A stretch of DNA of 50,498 bases. Origin: Mycobacterium sp. (lineage in GTDB: Bacteria > Actinomycetota > Actinomycetes > Mycobacteriales > Mycobacteriaceae). Position numbers and translations under genes: made by a program. The stretch covers positions 1 to 50,498 of the forward strand of contig NZ_DATNJW010000263.1 of NCBI RefSeq assembly GCF_035603715.1, in the 5' to 3' direction. The notes beneath the pieces were generated by a model, which was given only the letters and a program-made list of their open reading frames with translations, did no database searches and was not told where the DNA came from. How positions within the stretch are numbered: position 1 is the first letter of the stretch; each line of letters starts with the position of its first letter. Below are positions 19,047 through 32,500 of the stretch, in pieces.

Positions 19047-22000
19047 AGGCCGATTTGGCGCTGTCGTGACTCCACCCAACGAGCCGATAGCCATTCTAGG
19101 AATGGGTTGCCGCTTTCCGGGCGGTGTCGACTCACCGGATGACCTGTGGCAATTGCTATCCGAGGAGCGCGACACGACCTCGGACTTTCCCACCGACCGC
19201 GGCTGGAATCTCCACGCGCTGTTCGGGCCCGACCCCGACGCGCCGGGGGCCACCTACGTCCGCGCGGGGTCGTTCGTCGACAACGTCGGTGATTTCGACG
19301 CGGCGTTCTTCGGGATCAGTCCGCGTGAGGCCCAAGCCATGGACCCGCAGCAACGACTGTTGTTAGAGGCGACTTGGGAGGCGCTCGAACGGGCAGGGAT
19401 CGACCCGATTTCGTTGCACGGCAGTGATACCGGCGTGTTCATCGGTATGGCCGCTCAGGAGTATGGCCCGCGCGGATATAACGAGAAGGAGGGATTTGTC
19501 GGCTATATGGCGACCGGGGTTCCTACTTGCATCGCGTCGGGTCGGGTGGCCTACACGCTTGGGCTGCAGGGCCCCGCGTTGACGGTGGAGACCGGTTGCT
19601 CCTCATCTCTGGTTTCTGTGCATCTCGCCGTGCGATCGTTGCGGTCGGGTGAATGTGAATTGGCAGTGGCGGGCGGCGTATCCGTGGCTTGTTCACCCAG
19701 CGTCTACATCGGCCTGGGCCGACAGGGCGCCCTATCCGCTGACGGCCGATGCAAGCCATTCGCCGCGGCAGCGGACGGGTTTGGCGCTGCCGAGGGCGCC
19801 GGTGTGCTGGTGCTGGCCACACTGTCGCGCGCGCGCAGCGCCGGTTACCCGGTGCTTGCGCTGATCCGGGGTAGCGCACTGGGACAGGACGGGGCCACCG
19901 ATGTGCTGTCCGTCCCGAGCGGCCCGGCGCAGCAGCGGGTGATTCGCCAGGCTCTCTTGGATGCGGGTCTGAGCGCGGGCGAAGTCGACGTGGTCGAAGC
20001 GCATGGCACGGGCACGAGGATCGGTGATCCGATCGAGGCGGATGCGTTGCGGGCAACGTATGGCAAAGCTCACTCGGTGGCGCACCCACTACTGATCGGC
20101 TCGGTCAAATCGAACATCGGCCACACCCAGTACGCCGCGGGCGCCGCCGGTGTGATCAAGATCGTGCAGTCGATTCGACAAGGGGTGGTACCGGCGACGT
20201 TGCACCTGGATTCGCCTACACCCCAGGTGGACTGGTCGTCCGGAACGATCGAGGTAGTCGATAGCGCACGTCCCTGGCCCGAGCCACCCGACCAGAACGA
20301 CCGACCGCGGCGTGCGGGCGTGTCGTCGTTCGGCCTCAGCGGAACAAACGCCCACGTGATACTCGAGCAAGCGCCGCCGGAGTCTTCGCCCGGGGCGCTT
20401 CGAAAGCGTCTACCGGTAACGCCGTGGGTGTTGTCCGCCAAATCGACGTCGGCACTGGCCGAGCAGGCGGCCCGGTTGGGGCGGTTCGTTGAACAGCACT
20501 CCGATTTGAACCCAGATGATGTGGCGTACTCATTGGTCACCACTCGGGCGTTGTTCGACCACCGCGCGGTTGTGGTCGGAACCGAACGTGACGAGTTATT
20601 GAGTGGATTGGCTGCGATCTCCTCCGGCATGCCCGCACCGAATGTGTTAAGCGGTAAGGCCGCCGCCACGGGCCGCACCGTCTTCGTTTTTCCCGGCCAG
20701 GGATCGCAATGGATGGGGATGGCGGTCGAACTGCTGGAGTCCGCGCCGGCGTTCGCCCATCAAATGCGGCTATGCGATGCGGCTTTCGCCGAGTTTGTCG
20801 ATTGGTCGCTGATCGAGTGCGTGCGCGGCGGCGATGCTGGTGCCGAAAGCCTCGAACGGGTTGATGTGGTGCAGCCTGTGCTGTTTGCGGTCATGGTGTC
20901 GTTAGCCGCGCAATGGCGAGCATTGGGTGTCCATCCCGACGCCGTCCTCGGCCATTCGCAGGGCGAGATCGCGGCGGCCTACGTCTCCGGCGCCCTGTCG
21001 CTGCGAGACGCCGCGAAGGTAGTTACGTTGCGGAGCAAAGCGATCCGCGCAGTCACGGGAACCGGTGGCATGGTTTCGATCCCGCGTTCCGTTGAACGGG
21101 TTCACGCGCTCATCACACCGTGGGCTCGATCGATTTCCATCGCCGCGCACAATGGTCCGTCTTCGACCGTCGTGACCGGGGATGCGGCGGCGTTAGACGA
21201 GTTGATGGCCGTGTGCGAACTCGACGAGGTGGCAGCCACGCGGATTCCCGTCGACTACGCCTCGCATTCTGACCATGTGGAGGCGTTGCGAGAGACATTG
21301 CGCGAGTCGCTTTGTGGGCTGCAGCCACGAACCGGCGATATCGAGTTCATCTCCTCGGTCAGCGGTGCCGCGCTGGACACGAAGATCCTCGATGGCGACT
21401 ACTGGTTCGCCAATCTGCGGCAACCGGTGCTATTCGAACCGGCTGTCCGGTGGGCGTACGAACACGGCTACCGCACGTTCGTCGAATCCAGTCCGCATCC
21501 GATGTTGACTGCCGGCATCCAGGAGTCGCTGGAGGACGACGGCGATGAGCCCACTGTGGTTGGGACACTTCGACGCAACGAAGGCGGCATGCGGCGATTC
21601 TTGCTGTCGGCCGCCGAGGCCCACGTATACGGGAAATCGCCGAACTGGGTGAGCATGTTCGACGACACGGGCGCCCGTCGCATCGACTTACCGACCTACG
21701 CCTTCCAACGCAGGCGCTATTGGATGGATCCCGAGCCCCGGTTCGTCGACGCAAGCAGTCTCGGCCTCAGCTCCGCCGAGCATCCCCTGCTCGGTGCTGT
21801 CGTGGCCCGGGCAGCTTCAGATGAGACCATTTTCACTGGCCGTCTGTCGCTCGCGTCCCATCCGTGGCTGGCCGACCACAAAGTGCACGGGATCGTACTG
21901 GTGCCGGGTGCGGCGATGGTAGAACTCGTGCTGTACGCCGCTGACCGTGTCGGGTGCCCGCGGATAGACCAACTTGTCCTGCAAACCCCGCTCATCGTTG

Positions 22001-25000
22001 AACCCGCCGGTGTCGCAGTTCAAGTCATCGTCGGCGCACCTGATGAGTCTGGCGAGTGTCCGGTGCAGATCTACTCGCGGATCGACGACGATAGTGCGGA
22101 CCGAGCGTGGACGCACCATGCCGAAGGCGCGCTTTCCCCGAGCCCCGGTGCCGCGCCCCAACTTGGGTCCGATCAATGGCCACCGGAGGGCGCGGAACCG
22201 ATCGACGTTTCCGAGGCCTACCCCCAGCTGGCCGCGCGCGGGTACGAATACGGTCCCGCATTCCACGGCCTGCGCTCGGTCTGGCGCCGTGGCGCCGAGG
22301 TGTTCGTCGAGGCGGAGCTGCCCGAGCAGGCCAAGGCGGACGCGAGCCGGTTCTGCCTGCATCCGGTGCTACTTGACGCGATCCTGCACGGCATCGGCGC
22401 CGGCGGCATCCTGGCAGAATCGGAGCTGACCAGGTTGCCGTTCGAATGGCAAGGCGTATCGCTTCGTGCCTTTGGCGCAACCCGGCTTCGCGCCCGGATC
22501 AGCTTCATCGCCGCCGACACGGTCGCCATCACACTCATGGACGGCCGCGGGGCGTTAGTTGGTCGTGTCGATTCCCTCGCCCTGCTCGGGGTTTCACCAG
22601 GCCAGTTGCGCATGAGCGCTGACGCCAATCACGCAGTGTACGCACTGGATTGGGTCGCTCTGGCGCAATGCGATGACATCAGTGGCAGTGCGAGTGGCCC
22701 CACCGAGAAGGTGACCGTATTGCGCTGCCCGTCAACGATTGCGGACAGCGCGGCGTTCACCGATGGCACGCGCCGAACGCTGACGCATGTGCTGGACCGG
22801 GTACAGGCGTGGCTGTCGAGCGATAGTCCTGACGACGACGAACGGCTGGTGGTGCTCACCCGCGGGGCGATCGCCGTCGACACATCCGACGACGTCACCG
22901 ATCTTGGTCAGGCTGCGGTGTGGGGATTGTTGCGCAGCGCGCAGACTGAAAACCCGGGCCGTATCTTGCTGGCCGACGTCGACGACTGGGTCAACGTGGA
23001 TGCGGTGGTCGCCGAAATAACCGGCCGCGACGAATCGCAACTCGCGCTACGTTATGGCGTGTGCTTTGCCCCTCGGCTGGCGCGGACCGGGCGAATCGAC
23101 GGCGCCGAACTGGTCGACGCGACCACCTGGCGGCTTGCCACCCTTGGCAACGGCACGCTGGACCCACGGAACTTCGCGCTGCGTCCCTGTCCCGAATCCG
23201 ATCGCCCCCTGGGGCCCGGCCAGGTGCGTTTGAGTCTGCGCTGCAGCGGCGTAAATTTCCATGATGTCCTGACCGCCCTGGGTCACCCCTCGGACTACGA
23301 CGTGGGCGTCGAAGGGTCCGGCGTCGTTCTCGAGGTTGCCGACGATGTACTCGAGTTCGCGCCCGGCGACTGTGTAATGGGCCAGTTCTTCGGCGCCGGA
23401 CCGGTTGTCGTCGTGGATCACTGGAGGATCGTGCGCATACCAGTGGGGTGGTCCTTGCCGCAGGCAGCGACCGTGCCCGCGGTCTTCCTCACCGCCTATT
23501 TCGCGCTGGCGCACGTCGCGCGCGTCCGCGCGGGCGAGCGGGTGCTGGTGCATGCCGCTACCGGCGGTGTCGGCATGGCGGCGGTGCAGCTAGCCAGGCA
23601 CTGGGGCCTTGACGTGTTCGCAACGGCCAGCCCCGGGAAATGGGAAACCCTGCGCGGCATGGGATTCGATGACGATCACATCGCTAACTCGCGCACGCTC
23701 GAATTCGAGCAGAAGTTTGCGGCGGTAACCGACGGCGCGGGTATGGACGTGGTTCTCGATTGCCTGATAGACGAATTCGTCGATGCATCACTACGACTCT
23801 TGCCGCGCGGCGGACGATTCGTCGAGATGGGCAAAGCAGACATCCGCGACCCCGCGGAGGTGACCGCGCGGCATCCGGGCGTTCAATATCGAGCGTTCGA
23901 CCTCGTCGAGGACGTCCCTCCGCAATTGTTGAGCGAGATGCTCGGCGAACTGGTGAAGCTGGCCGAGACGGGTGAACTGCGTCCGCTTCCGTTACGTTCG
24001 TGGGACATTAGACAGGCATCGGACGCCTATCGGTTCCTGAGCCGTGCCCGCCACGTTGGCAAGCTGGTGCTCACTGTGCCCACCCCGTTCGACCCCGCGG
24101 GCACGGTGCTGATCACCGGTGGCACAGGCGTCCTCGGGATGATGCTTGCCCGGCATTTGGTGACTCGTCACGGTGCACGAAATCTGTTGCTGGTCAGCCG
24201 AAGAGCCCACGCGGCCGAGGGTGTCGCCGCGATCGAAGCGGAGCTCACCGACCTGGGTGCGTCCGTGCGCATCGAATCGTGTGACGCGGCGGACCGGAAG
24301 TCGTTGCAAGCAACCTTGGCCGCGATACCAATCGAGCATCGGTTGACCGCCGTCATCCACGCTGCCGGAGTGCTCGACGACGCGGTGTTCGCGGCCCAGA
24401 CCCGACATCACCTGGACGCGGTGCTGCGTCCGAAAGTCGATGCGGCCTGGAACCTGCACGAACTCACCGCTTCTGCGGACCTGTCTGCGTTCGTGATGTT
24501 TTCGTCGGCAGCCGGCGTTGTCGGCTCCCCGGGTCAGGCTAACTACGCTGCTGCCAATGCATTTCTCGACGGGCTCGCACAGCACCGCCGACAGCAGGGG
24601 CTGCCGGGCGTTTCGATGGCGTGGGGATGGTGGGCGCGAGCGACCGGGATGACGGGCCATCTCGACGAACGCGATCGCGATCGCATGAGCCGTAGTGGGT
24701 TTGTCCCGATGTCGTCGGCGGAAGGCCTCGCGCTTTTCGATGCGGCGCTTCGGCAACCGCGCTCGTTCGTCGTCCCGGCACGGTTCAATCTCGCCACCAT
24801 CCGTTCGTCTTCGGCGGTCGGAGGCCTGCCACCGATATTCCGTGGGCTCGTCCGTCCGACACGCCGCACAGCCGAGCCTGCGGCCGCAATCGGGGCCTCT
24901 TCCGATCTTCGACGTCGGCTCGCGGCGATGAGCACGTCCGAACGGGAACACGAACTGCTCGGCATTGTTCGCTCGAACGCGGCCGCGGTGCTCGGGCATG

Positions 25001-26556
25001 ACAGCGGCGACGCGGTGGCCGCGGACCAGGAGTTTAAGGAGCTCGGTTTTGATTCGCTGGGTGCGGTCGAGTTTCGGAATCGGTTGAAATCAGCGACCGG
25101 TTTGAAGCTGCCCACCAACGCCGTCTTCGACCATCCAACATCGATAGCGTTGGCCCGGTATCTGGCCCGGACGCTCGAAGTCGACGGGGAGCCCAGTTCT
25201 GGGGGAGACGAAACCGGCCGGGTCGAACAGGAATACCGGCCCTTAACGGGCTGTCAACGCGACATCGTCGCGGTCGGCGCCCGTTATTCGGATCTCCCAA
25301 TCGCACAGGTGGTCACCCACGCGCGCCTGGATGGCACGGTGAACCTGGAGCGGATGCGGGAGTGCGTGCGGCGAACATATCTGCGGAATGACGCGCTGCG
25401 TTTGCGTTTTGAATTCCGCGACGGCGAGTTCGTGCAGCACCTCGGGACTGAGTTGCCCGAGCTCGAGTTTGTCGATTTCACGAATGACGCCGATCCGGCG
25501 GCAGCATGCGGGCGCTGGATCGACGAGGCAAGTGGGCGCGTGCTTCCGCTCCAGGGCCCGCTGACACGCGCCGCGATCCTGGTTGATCGGTCTGATTCGT
25601 TTCTGGTGTATGCGTGTTTCCATCACGCCGTGGCCGACGCATGGGGCATCAATGTCGCGCTGAGCCAGCTGTTGAATGAGTACTTATCGGAGGCCGACAC
25701 CAGCAGCGACAACGATTTCGAAATGCCAAGATATCTGGACTTCGTTGCGGCAGAGCGCGAATACCGCGCTTCGGCTGACTGGGCGGCCGATCGTGACTAC
25801 TTCGTTGAGAAGTACCGCGAGGTCGAGCCAGCATTGTTTGCCCGCCGCGGGTCATTGCGCAGCCGGCGTCGGCGACGTCACACCTTGCGAATGAATCCTG
25901 AAGCTGTTAAACGTCTGCGAGACACCGATCGCTCGATCTTCGCGTTCACCGCGGCCGCTATCGGCGAGTACCTGCGCCGGATACACCGCGGCGGGGACAT
26001 CATCATTGGGGTCCCGTTCCTCAACCGATCATCCGAAGCCGAACTCCGCACGGTCGGCTGCATGGCGAACATACTGCCGCTGCGAATTCCCGCTGATGGC
26101 GAGTTGTCGACGGCCGAACTCGCCGACCGAATCAGCAAGGAAGTGTGGGAGGCGCAGGCGCGACAGCGTTTTGCCTATGGAGACATCGCCACAGCTTTGC
26201 AGAACGGCGCTGAGATGACGTTGTTCGACGTCACTTACTCATACTTCACGATTCCCGACACCGAACACGCGGAGTGGATCTGGAAGGACGCCAGCTTGCT
26301 CGCGTCAGGGTATTCACTCGATGTGGTCAACATCGTCGTTCGCGACCACGAGCGGGACGGATCGCTCGAGGTGGATCTGTTCTACGCCGACGACGTCTTC
26401 GACGCGAACTATCGGTTCGCGGACGCGCTACGTCATGTATTGACGTTGATCAAGGGCGCATTGGATGCGCCCGAGATGTCACTCGGTGACATCGACATGC
26501 TGTCGGCCGCGGATCACACCGAGCTGGATGCGTTCGCCCTAGGGGGAACCGACTGA
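19036..26556 (+). CDS. Type I PKS module with terminal condensation domain: KS-AT(methylmalonyl-type)-DH-ER-KR-ACP-C
   Basis: KS ETGCSSS / EAHGTGT / KSNIGH; AT GHSQGE and VDYASH; [13 protein letters not shown] and DAILH; [12 protein letters not shown]; KR GGTGVLG, LDD and YAAAN; ACP LGFDSL; C domain HHAVADAWG. Start 19036 or 19066. Confidence 0.95.
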   Translation: MATEGRFGAVVTPPNEPIAILGMGCRFPGGVDSPDDLWQLLSEERDTTSDFPTDRGWNLHALFGPDPDAPGATYVRAGSFVDNVGDFDAAFFGISPREAQAMDPQQRLLLEATWEALERAGIDPISLHGSDTGVFIGMAAQEYGPRGYNEKEGFVGYMATGVPTCIASGRVAYTLGLQGPALTVETGCSSSLVSVHLAVRSLRSGECELAVAGGVSVACSPSVYIGLGRQGALSADGRCKPFAAAADGFGAAEGAGVLVLATLSRARSAGYPVLALIRGSALGQDGATDVLSVPSGPAQQRVIRQALLDAGLSAGEVDVVEAHGTGTRIGDPIEADALRATYGKAHSVAHPLLIGSVKSNIGHTQYAAGAAGVIKIVQSIRQGVVPATLHLDSPTPQVDWSSGTIEVVDSARPWPEPPDQNDRPRRAGVSSFGLSGTNAHVILEQAPPESSPGALRKRLPVTPWVLSAKSTSALAEQAARLGRFVEQHSDLNPDDVAYSLVTTRALFDHRAVVVGTERDELLSGLAAISSGMPAPNVLSGKAAATGRTVFVFPGQGSQWMGMAVELLESAPAFAHQMRLCDAAFAEFVDWSLIECVRGGDAGAESLERVDVVQPVLFAVMVSLAAQWRALGVHPDAVLGHSQGEIAAAYVSGALSLRDAAKVVTLRSKAIRAVTGTGGMVSIPRSVERVHALITPWARSISIAAHNGPSSTVVTGDAAALDELMAVCELDEVAATRIPVDYASHSDHVEALRETLRESLCGLQPRTGDIEFISSVSGAALDTKILDGDYWFANLRQPVLFEPAVRWAYEHGYRTFVESSPHPMLTAGIQESLEDDGDEPTVVGTLRRNEGGMRRFLLSAAEAHVYGKSPNWVSMFDDTGARRIDLPTYAFQRRRYWMDPEPRFVDASSLGLSSAEHPLLGAVVARAASDETIFTGRLSLASHPWLADHKVHGIVLVPGAAMVELVLYAADRVGCPRIDQLVLQTPLIVEPAGVAVQVIVGAPDESGECPVQIYSRIDDDSADRAWTHHAEGALSPSPGAAPQLGSDQWPPEGAEPIDVSEAYPQLAARGYEYGPAFHGLRSVWRRGAEVFVEAELPEQAKADASRFCLHPVLLDAILHGIGAGGILAESELTRLPFEWQGVSLRAFGATRLRARISFIAADTVAITLMDGRGALVGRVDSLALLGVSPGQLRMSADANHAVYALDWVALAQCDDISGSASGPTEKVTVLRCPSTIADSAAFTDGTRRTLTHVLDRVQAWLSSDSPDDDERLVVLTRGAIAVDTSDDVTDLGQAAVWGLLRSAQTENPGRILLADVDDWVNVDAVVAEITGRDESQLALRYGVCFAPRLARTGRIDGAELVDATTWRLATLGNGTLDPRNFALRPCPESDRPLGPGQVRLSLRCSGVNFHDVLTALGHPSDYDVGVEGSGVVLEVADDVLEFAPGDCVMGQFFGAGPVVVVDHWRIVRIPVGWSLPQAATVPAVFLTAYFALAHVARVRAGERVLVHAATGGVGMAAVQLARHWGLDVFATASPGKWETLRGMGFDDDHIANSRTLEFEQKFAAVTDGAGMDVVLDCLIDEFVDASLRLLPRGGRFVEMGKADIRDPAEVTARHPGVQYRAFDLVEDVPPQLLSEMLGELVKLAETGELRPLPLRSWDIRQASDAYRFLSRARHVGKLVLTVPTPFDPAGTVLITGGTGVLGMMLARHLVTRHGARNLLLVSRRAHAAEGVAAIEAELTDLGASVRIESCDAADRKSLQATLAAIPIEHRLTAVIHAAGVLDDAVFAAQTRHHLDAVLRPKVDAAWNLHELTASADLSAFVMFSSAAGVVGSPGQANYAAANAFLDGLAQHRRQQGLPGVSMAWGWWARATGMTGHLDERDRDRMSRSGFVPMSSAEGLALFDAALRQPRSFVVPARFNLATIRSSSAVGGLPPIFRGLVRPTRRTAEPAAAIGASSDLRRRLAAMSTSEREHELLGIVRSNAAAVLGHDSGDAVAADQEFKELGFDSLGAVEFRNRLKSATGLKLPTNAVFDHPTSIALARYLARTLEVDGEPSSGGDETGRVEQEYRPLTGCQRDIVAVGARYSDLPIAQVVTHARLDGTVNLERMRECVRRTYLRNDALRLRFEFRDGEFVQHLGTELPELEFVDFTNDADPAAACGRWIDEASGRVLPLQGPLTRAAILVDRSDSFLVYACFHHAVADAWGINVALSQLLNEYLSEADTSSDNDFEMPRYLDFVAAEREYRASADWAADRDYFVEKYREVEPALFARRGSLRSRRRRRHTLRMNPEAVKRLRDTDRSIFAFTAAAIGEYLRRIHRGGDIIIGVPFLNRSSEAELRTVGCMANILPLRIPADGELSTAELADRISKEVWEAQARQRFAYGDIATALQNGAEMTLFDVTYSYFTIPDTEHAEWIWKDASLLASGYSLDVVNIVVRDHERDGSLEVDLFYADDVFDANYRFADALRHVLTLIKGALDAPEMSLGDIDMLSAADHTELDAFALGGTD

Positions 26557-29500
26557 TGCTTGATGTCGATATCGCGCAGAACATCCGGATCGACCGTGTG
26601 GCCGCCGACGCGCCCGGCGAGCGGCCTGCGGTGTTGTCGGAGGACGGAACGCTCTGCTACGCAGAGTTCGACAGCGCCGTGAATCACATCGCCGAAGTGT
26701 TGCGCGCCAAGGGGGTCGAGCGTGACGAGTGTGTCGGGGTGATCGTGCCGCGCTCGCCTCAAATGGTCGTTGCGATACACGGGATATTGCGCGCAGGCGC
26801 CGCCTACGTGCCGATCGATCCGGGGTATCCGGAGGCACGTGTTCACACGATCATCGAAGACAGCGGCGCCCGGATCATCGTGGCCGGAACCGAATTCGCC
26901 GAAATTGCGGATGACCTCGGTGTCGATCGGGTCGAGCCGAGCATAGTCGCGGCGGATCCGGTCGAGCCACTCGCCTCACCCGAGGACCTGGCTTACGTCA
27001 TCTACACGTCGGGATCGACCGGCCGGCCCAAGGGCGTAATGGTCGAGCACCGGTCGGTGGTCAACCGGCTGCACTGGATGCAACGCCGGTATCCAATCGG
27101 CTCGGATGACGTGATCCTGCAGAAGACTTCGGTGACGTTCGACGTCTCGGTGTGGGAATTGCTGTGGTGGGCTATGACCGGCGCGAGTGTGGCGCTGCTC
27201 GAGCCGGGCGGCGAGCGCGATCCGCGCAAGATCATCGCCGCGGTCGGGCGGCACCGGGTGACGGTCATGCATTTCGTGCCGACGATGCTCTGCGCATTTT
27301 TGGATGAACTTGAGGACCAACCCGATTCGGTGGACCGACTCAAGTCGTTGCACACCGTGTTCTGCAGTGGGGAGGCACTCACGCCGGCACTGGTCGAGCG
27401 GTTCAACCGAGTATTCGCGACCACCGCCGTCCCGCGGCTGGTTAATCTCTACGGGCCCACCGAGGCGACGGTGGACGTGAGCTACTTCGATTGTCCCCAG
27501 GCCGGGCCCGTCGATGGGGTCCCGATCGGAAAACCGATCGACAATACCAGACTGCTGGTGCTCGATGAGCGCGGAAACCGTTGTCCGGTAGGCGTGCCCG
27601 GCGAACTGAACATCGCCGGGGTTGGGCTGGCCCGCGGCTACCGGGGGCGTGATGATCTGACCGCGGCCGTCTTCGTCGCCGACGAGCGCGTACCGGGTGG
27701 TCGGCGTTACCGGACGGGAGACCTCGCCCGCTGGCGAGCGGACGGCAACCTGGAGTTTCTGGGACGCGCCGATGACGAAGTCAAGGTCCGCGGTAACCGG
27801 GTGAGCCCCGGCGAGGTCCAGGCCGTCGCGGAGTCGTGCCCGGGTGTGCGATCGGCGGTAGTGATAGCCGAGCCGTCGGAAATTCACGGGAACCACCTGA
27901 TCGGTTATTTCATCGGAGAATCCGTCTCGCCCGAACGCCTCAGGGAGCACCTGGCTCAGCTCCTGCCCGCCTATATGATCCCCACCAGCTTCGTGCAGTT
28001 GAACGCGTTCCCGCTTACCACGAGTGGCAAGGTGGATCGTCGGGCGTTACCCCGGCCCGGTGCCCCCGATCGATCGGCCACCGCCCCGCGCACTCCGGCC
28101 GAGGCGGTGCTGGCCGATGTCTTCGCCTCGGTGCTCAAAGTTGAAACCGTTGGGATTTACGACAATTTCTTCAGCGTCGGCGGCGACTCGATCCTGGCGC
28201 TCGCGGTGCGCAGCGAGGCCGAGAAGCGAGGCATCGCTTTCGATGTCGACGAGCTGTTCGTCCGGCCGACAGTCGCCGAACTGGCGGAGACGAGTTCGCG
28301 GCCGGCGTCGGAGCCACCGGGTGTCACGGACGCGTTCGCGACGCTTGCACCGAGCGACCGCGCGGCGCTATGCGACGCCGAGGACGCGTTCCCAGCGACC
28401 GTGCTGCAACTCGGCATGCTGTTCCACAGCATCGAGCGCGCCGAATCGACGATGTATAAAGACGTCTTCCGCTACCGCCTGGCGATGCCGTGGCGCGAAC
28501 GAGAGTTCACCGACGCGTTCGATCGACTGGTCGCCCGACATCCCGCGCTGCGGTCCTCGTTCGACCTGAGCCAATATTCAGTGCCGTTGCAGGTGGTCTG
28601 GCCACGGGTACCGCGAGCATTCGACGCCGTGACCGGGGCCGACGATCTCCTTGTCTGGGATTACCTGACGGCCCGCCACGCACACACCTACGACCTGGAC
28701 CGCGCTCCGCTGTACGGCCTGCGCGCGTTCGTTCGGGACGACGGGGTGGATCTGGTCTTCGCGTTCCATCACGCGATTCTGGATGGTTGGAGCGTGGCGA
28801 ACCTGATACGCGAGTTGTTGCAGGACTATCTATTCCGCCTCGGTCTCGACGTGCCGGCAGTCGACGCCGAGGTGCGTTCGGCGACCATTCTCGCCGAGCA
28901 TGCTCGGCTGGAGAGGGCGGCGCTCGACGACCCCGTAGCGCAAGAGTTCTGGCGTAGCGTCCTGGCCGGATCGCACCTGACGTCCCTGGGATCCTGCGTC
29001 GTCCATGAAGCACGCGCGCCTGTCGATTCGGTAGCGGCGGTGCCGATCCCGCAGTGGCTGCAGGATGCCGTTGGGCAATTCGCGAAGTCTCGTGGGCTGC
29101 CGATGAAATCACTGCTGCTAGCCGCGCATTGCGTTACCCTGCAACGACTCTCGGGCGAGGAGGACGTCACGACCGGGTTGGTCACCCACGGGCGCCCCGG
29201 TCGAGCCGGCGCCGAAGAGGCCGCGGGGCTGTTTCTCAACATGATTCCGATCCGAGTCGACCACACACCGGCGACCTGGCTCGGCACCGTCGAACAGGTG
29301 GACCGATTCGAGCGCGCGAGCCACCGCTATCGGCGTTACCCGTTGCAGGCCATGCAATCCGACGCGGGCCGCCCCTTGTTGAACACCGCGTTCAATTACG
29401 TTAACTACCATCCCTTCGCCGAGCTGTTCGATATCGCCGCGATCGAACTGCTCGACTTTGAAGCGCACGAGCAAACCAACTTCGCGCTGCTCGCAACCGT

Positions 29501-32500
29501 CGCTGTCGACCCGCGTACCCGGGGGCTGTTCCTGTTCGTCAACGGCGATCCGCACGCTGTCACGGCCGCGCAGACGAACGAATACGCAAACACCTTCGTT
29601 CGTGCGCTGGTGGCAATCGTGCGCTCACCCGAGGAGTTCATTGATCTCGGGACCGACGATGTGCCCGCTCGTGACGTCACTCAACTCGGGTCAGAATCGG
29701 CAGCGATCAATCCCGACGTCGGCATGCCCCCGGCCGCGGATCGGCCGGCGGCCGCCGGGCATACTGCTGCTGAGTCGGTGCTGGTCGACGTGTTCGCCTC
29801 GGTGCTCGGCCTGGACTCCGTCGGAGTGCACGACAATTTCTTCACCGTCGGCGGAGACTCCATCCTTGCCCTCGTCGTGCGCAGCAAGGCTGAGAAGCGG
29901 GGCATCGCTTTCGATCTCGACGATCTGTACGCGCGGCCCACGATCGCCGAACTGGCCGAGGCGAGTCCGCGGCCGGCGGCGAAGCCGCAAGGTGTCACGG
30001 ATGCGTTCGGGTTGCTTCCGCTCATCGACCGCGCAGCGCTGTGCGACGCCGAGGATGCGTTCCCAGCGACCGTGCTGCAGCTCGGCATGCTGTTCCACAG
30101 CATCGAGCGTGCCGAATCGACGATGTATAAGGACGTCTTCCGCTATCGCCTGGCGATGCCGTGGCGCGAACGAGAGTTCACCGCCGCGTTCGATCGCCTG
30201 GTGGCACGACATCCCGCGCTGCGTTCCTCGTTCGAACTCAACCAGCATTCCACGCCAGTGCAGGTTGTCCGGCCGGGGGTACCCCGAGCATTCGACATCG
30301 TGACCGGAGCCCGTGACGCGGATGTCGAAGGGTATATCGCTTCCCGGCACACGCATCGGTACGACTTCAACAGCGCTCCGCTATACGGCCTGCGCGCGTT
30401 CGTTCGGGATGAGGGTGTGGATCTGGTCTTCGCGTTCCATCACGCGATTCTGGACGGTTGGAGTGTGGCGAACCTGATACGCGAGTTGTTGCAGGACTAC
30501 CTCTTCCGCCTCGGGCTGGATGTGCCGGCAGTCGACGCCGGGGTGCATTCGGCGACCATTCTCGCCGAGCATGCTCGGCTGGAGCGGGCGGCGCTCGAAG
30601 ATCCTGCTGCGCAGGAGTTCTGGCGTAGCGTGATGAAGGGATCGCGCGCGACGGCGCTGGGATCCTACGTCGCCCATCAACCGCCGGCGACCGCCGATCC
30701 GATCGCGACAATCCTGATTCCGCCGTGGCTGCAGGACGCCGCTGGACGATTCGCAAAGTCTCATGGGCTGCCGGTGAAATCGCTGTTGCTGGCCGCACAT
30801 TGCGTTACCCTGCAGCGACTTTCGGGAGAGGCGGACGTTACGACCGGGCTGGTCACCCACGGGCGCCCCGATCGTGATGGTGCCGAAGTGGCGGCCGGGT
30901 TGTTTCTCAACACGATCCCGGTCCGGCTCGACGACACACCGGCGACCTGGGTCGACGCCGTCGAACGCGTGGCCCGATTCGAGCGCGCGAGCCATCGTTA
31001 TCGGCGTTATCCGTTGCAGGCCATGCAGTCCGATGCGGGCCGTCCCTTGTTCAATGTGGTGTTCAATTTCATCAACTATCATCTGTTCGGCGACCCGACG
31101 AGTGCCGGCGGGATCGAACTGCTGGCCTTCGAAGTGCAGGAACAAACAAACTTCGCGATGTGGGTGACCGCCGCGATGGATCCGCGGACTGGCCGGCTGT
31201 CCCTCCGCGTGACCGGAAATCCGGCGGTGCTGACCGCTATTCAGGCACGCGAATATGGTAGATCCCTCGTCCGCGTGCTGGCGGCAATCGTGCGGTCACC
31301 CGAGCAGGCCATGGATTCTGTTGCCGATGAACTGGCGGCTCGCGACGTCGCACAGCTCGTGTCCGAGCAGGCGGCAGCGACCCCGGACGCGACCGCACTT
31401 GTGACTGACACTGCCAGCTGGACATACGCCGAATTGGACCGCGGCGCAGAACGAATCGCGGCCGGGTTGTTGGCCGCGGGCATGCCACCAGGAGCTCGGG
31501 TGGGCGTGATGCTGGAACGGTCGCCAGAGCTGATCGCGACCGTGCTCGGCGTTCTGAAGGCCGGGGCGGCGGTTGTCCCGATGGACGTGAGTTACCCCCG
31601 CGCTCGCATCGAGTTGATGATCGAGCGTGCCCGGCCGTTCCGCGTTATGTCTGACATCGCGGAAGTCCGGGCACTGATGGAAGTACCTGCGACGATGACG
31701 TTGCCCGTAATCGACCCGGAAAGTGCGGCCTACGTGTTGTTCACATCCGGTTCGACGGGCGAACCAAAGGGCGTCACGATGCCGCACCGGGCCCTGCACA
31801 ACCTCATTGCTTGGCAGAACCGCCGCCCGTCGAGTGGCGCCGCCGGATCCACGCTGCAGTTCTTCCCGCTGTCGTTCGACGTCTCGTTTCAGGAAGTGTT
31901 TTCCACGCTATGCGGTGGCGGCACGTTGCGGTTGGTCAGCGACAAGCAGCGCAGAGATCTGAGGGCCCTGGTACGTCTCGTCGCGGATGAGGGGATCGAA
32001 CGTGTATTTCTGACCTGCGTCGCGTTGCAGGCGTTCGCGGACGCGGCGCTCGTCACCCGAACACGGTTGGAGTCGCTGCGCGTAGTGATCAACGTGGGCG
32101 AACAGCTCAGAGTGACACCGGAGATCCGCGAGCTGTGCACGGCGAATCCCGGCCTGGTGTTGGAGAACCACTACGGACCGACTGAGACGCACGAGGTGGC
32201 CAGCTACACGATGAGCGGTGCACCGGAAGACTTTCCCACGTTGCCACCCATCGGCACCGCGATAGACGGCGCAACGATCCGTCTGCTCGACGCCAACCTG
32301 CGTCCGGTCCCGCACGGAACAAGAGGCGAGATTTATGTCGGGGGCCGCTGCCTCGCAATCGGTTACGAGGCACGGCCCGACCTCACCGCGGAGCGATTCG
32401 TCACCGTCGGCGGGGTCGGTGAGAGCCGCGAGAGGATGTATCGCACCGGTGATCTGGGGGTCCAATTACCTTCCGGTGACCTTGTCTACCTCGGGCGAGC

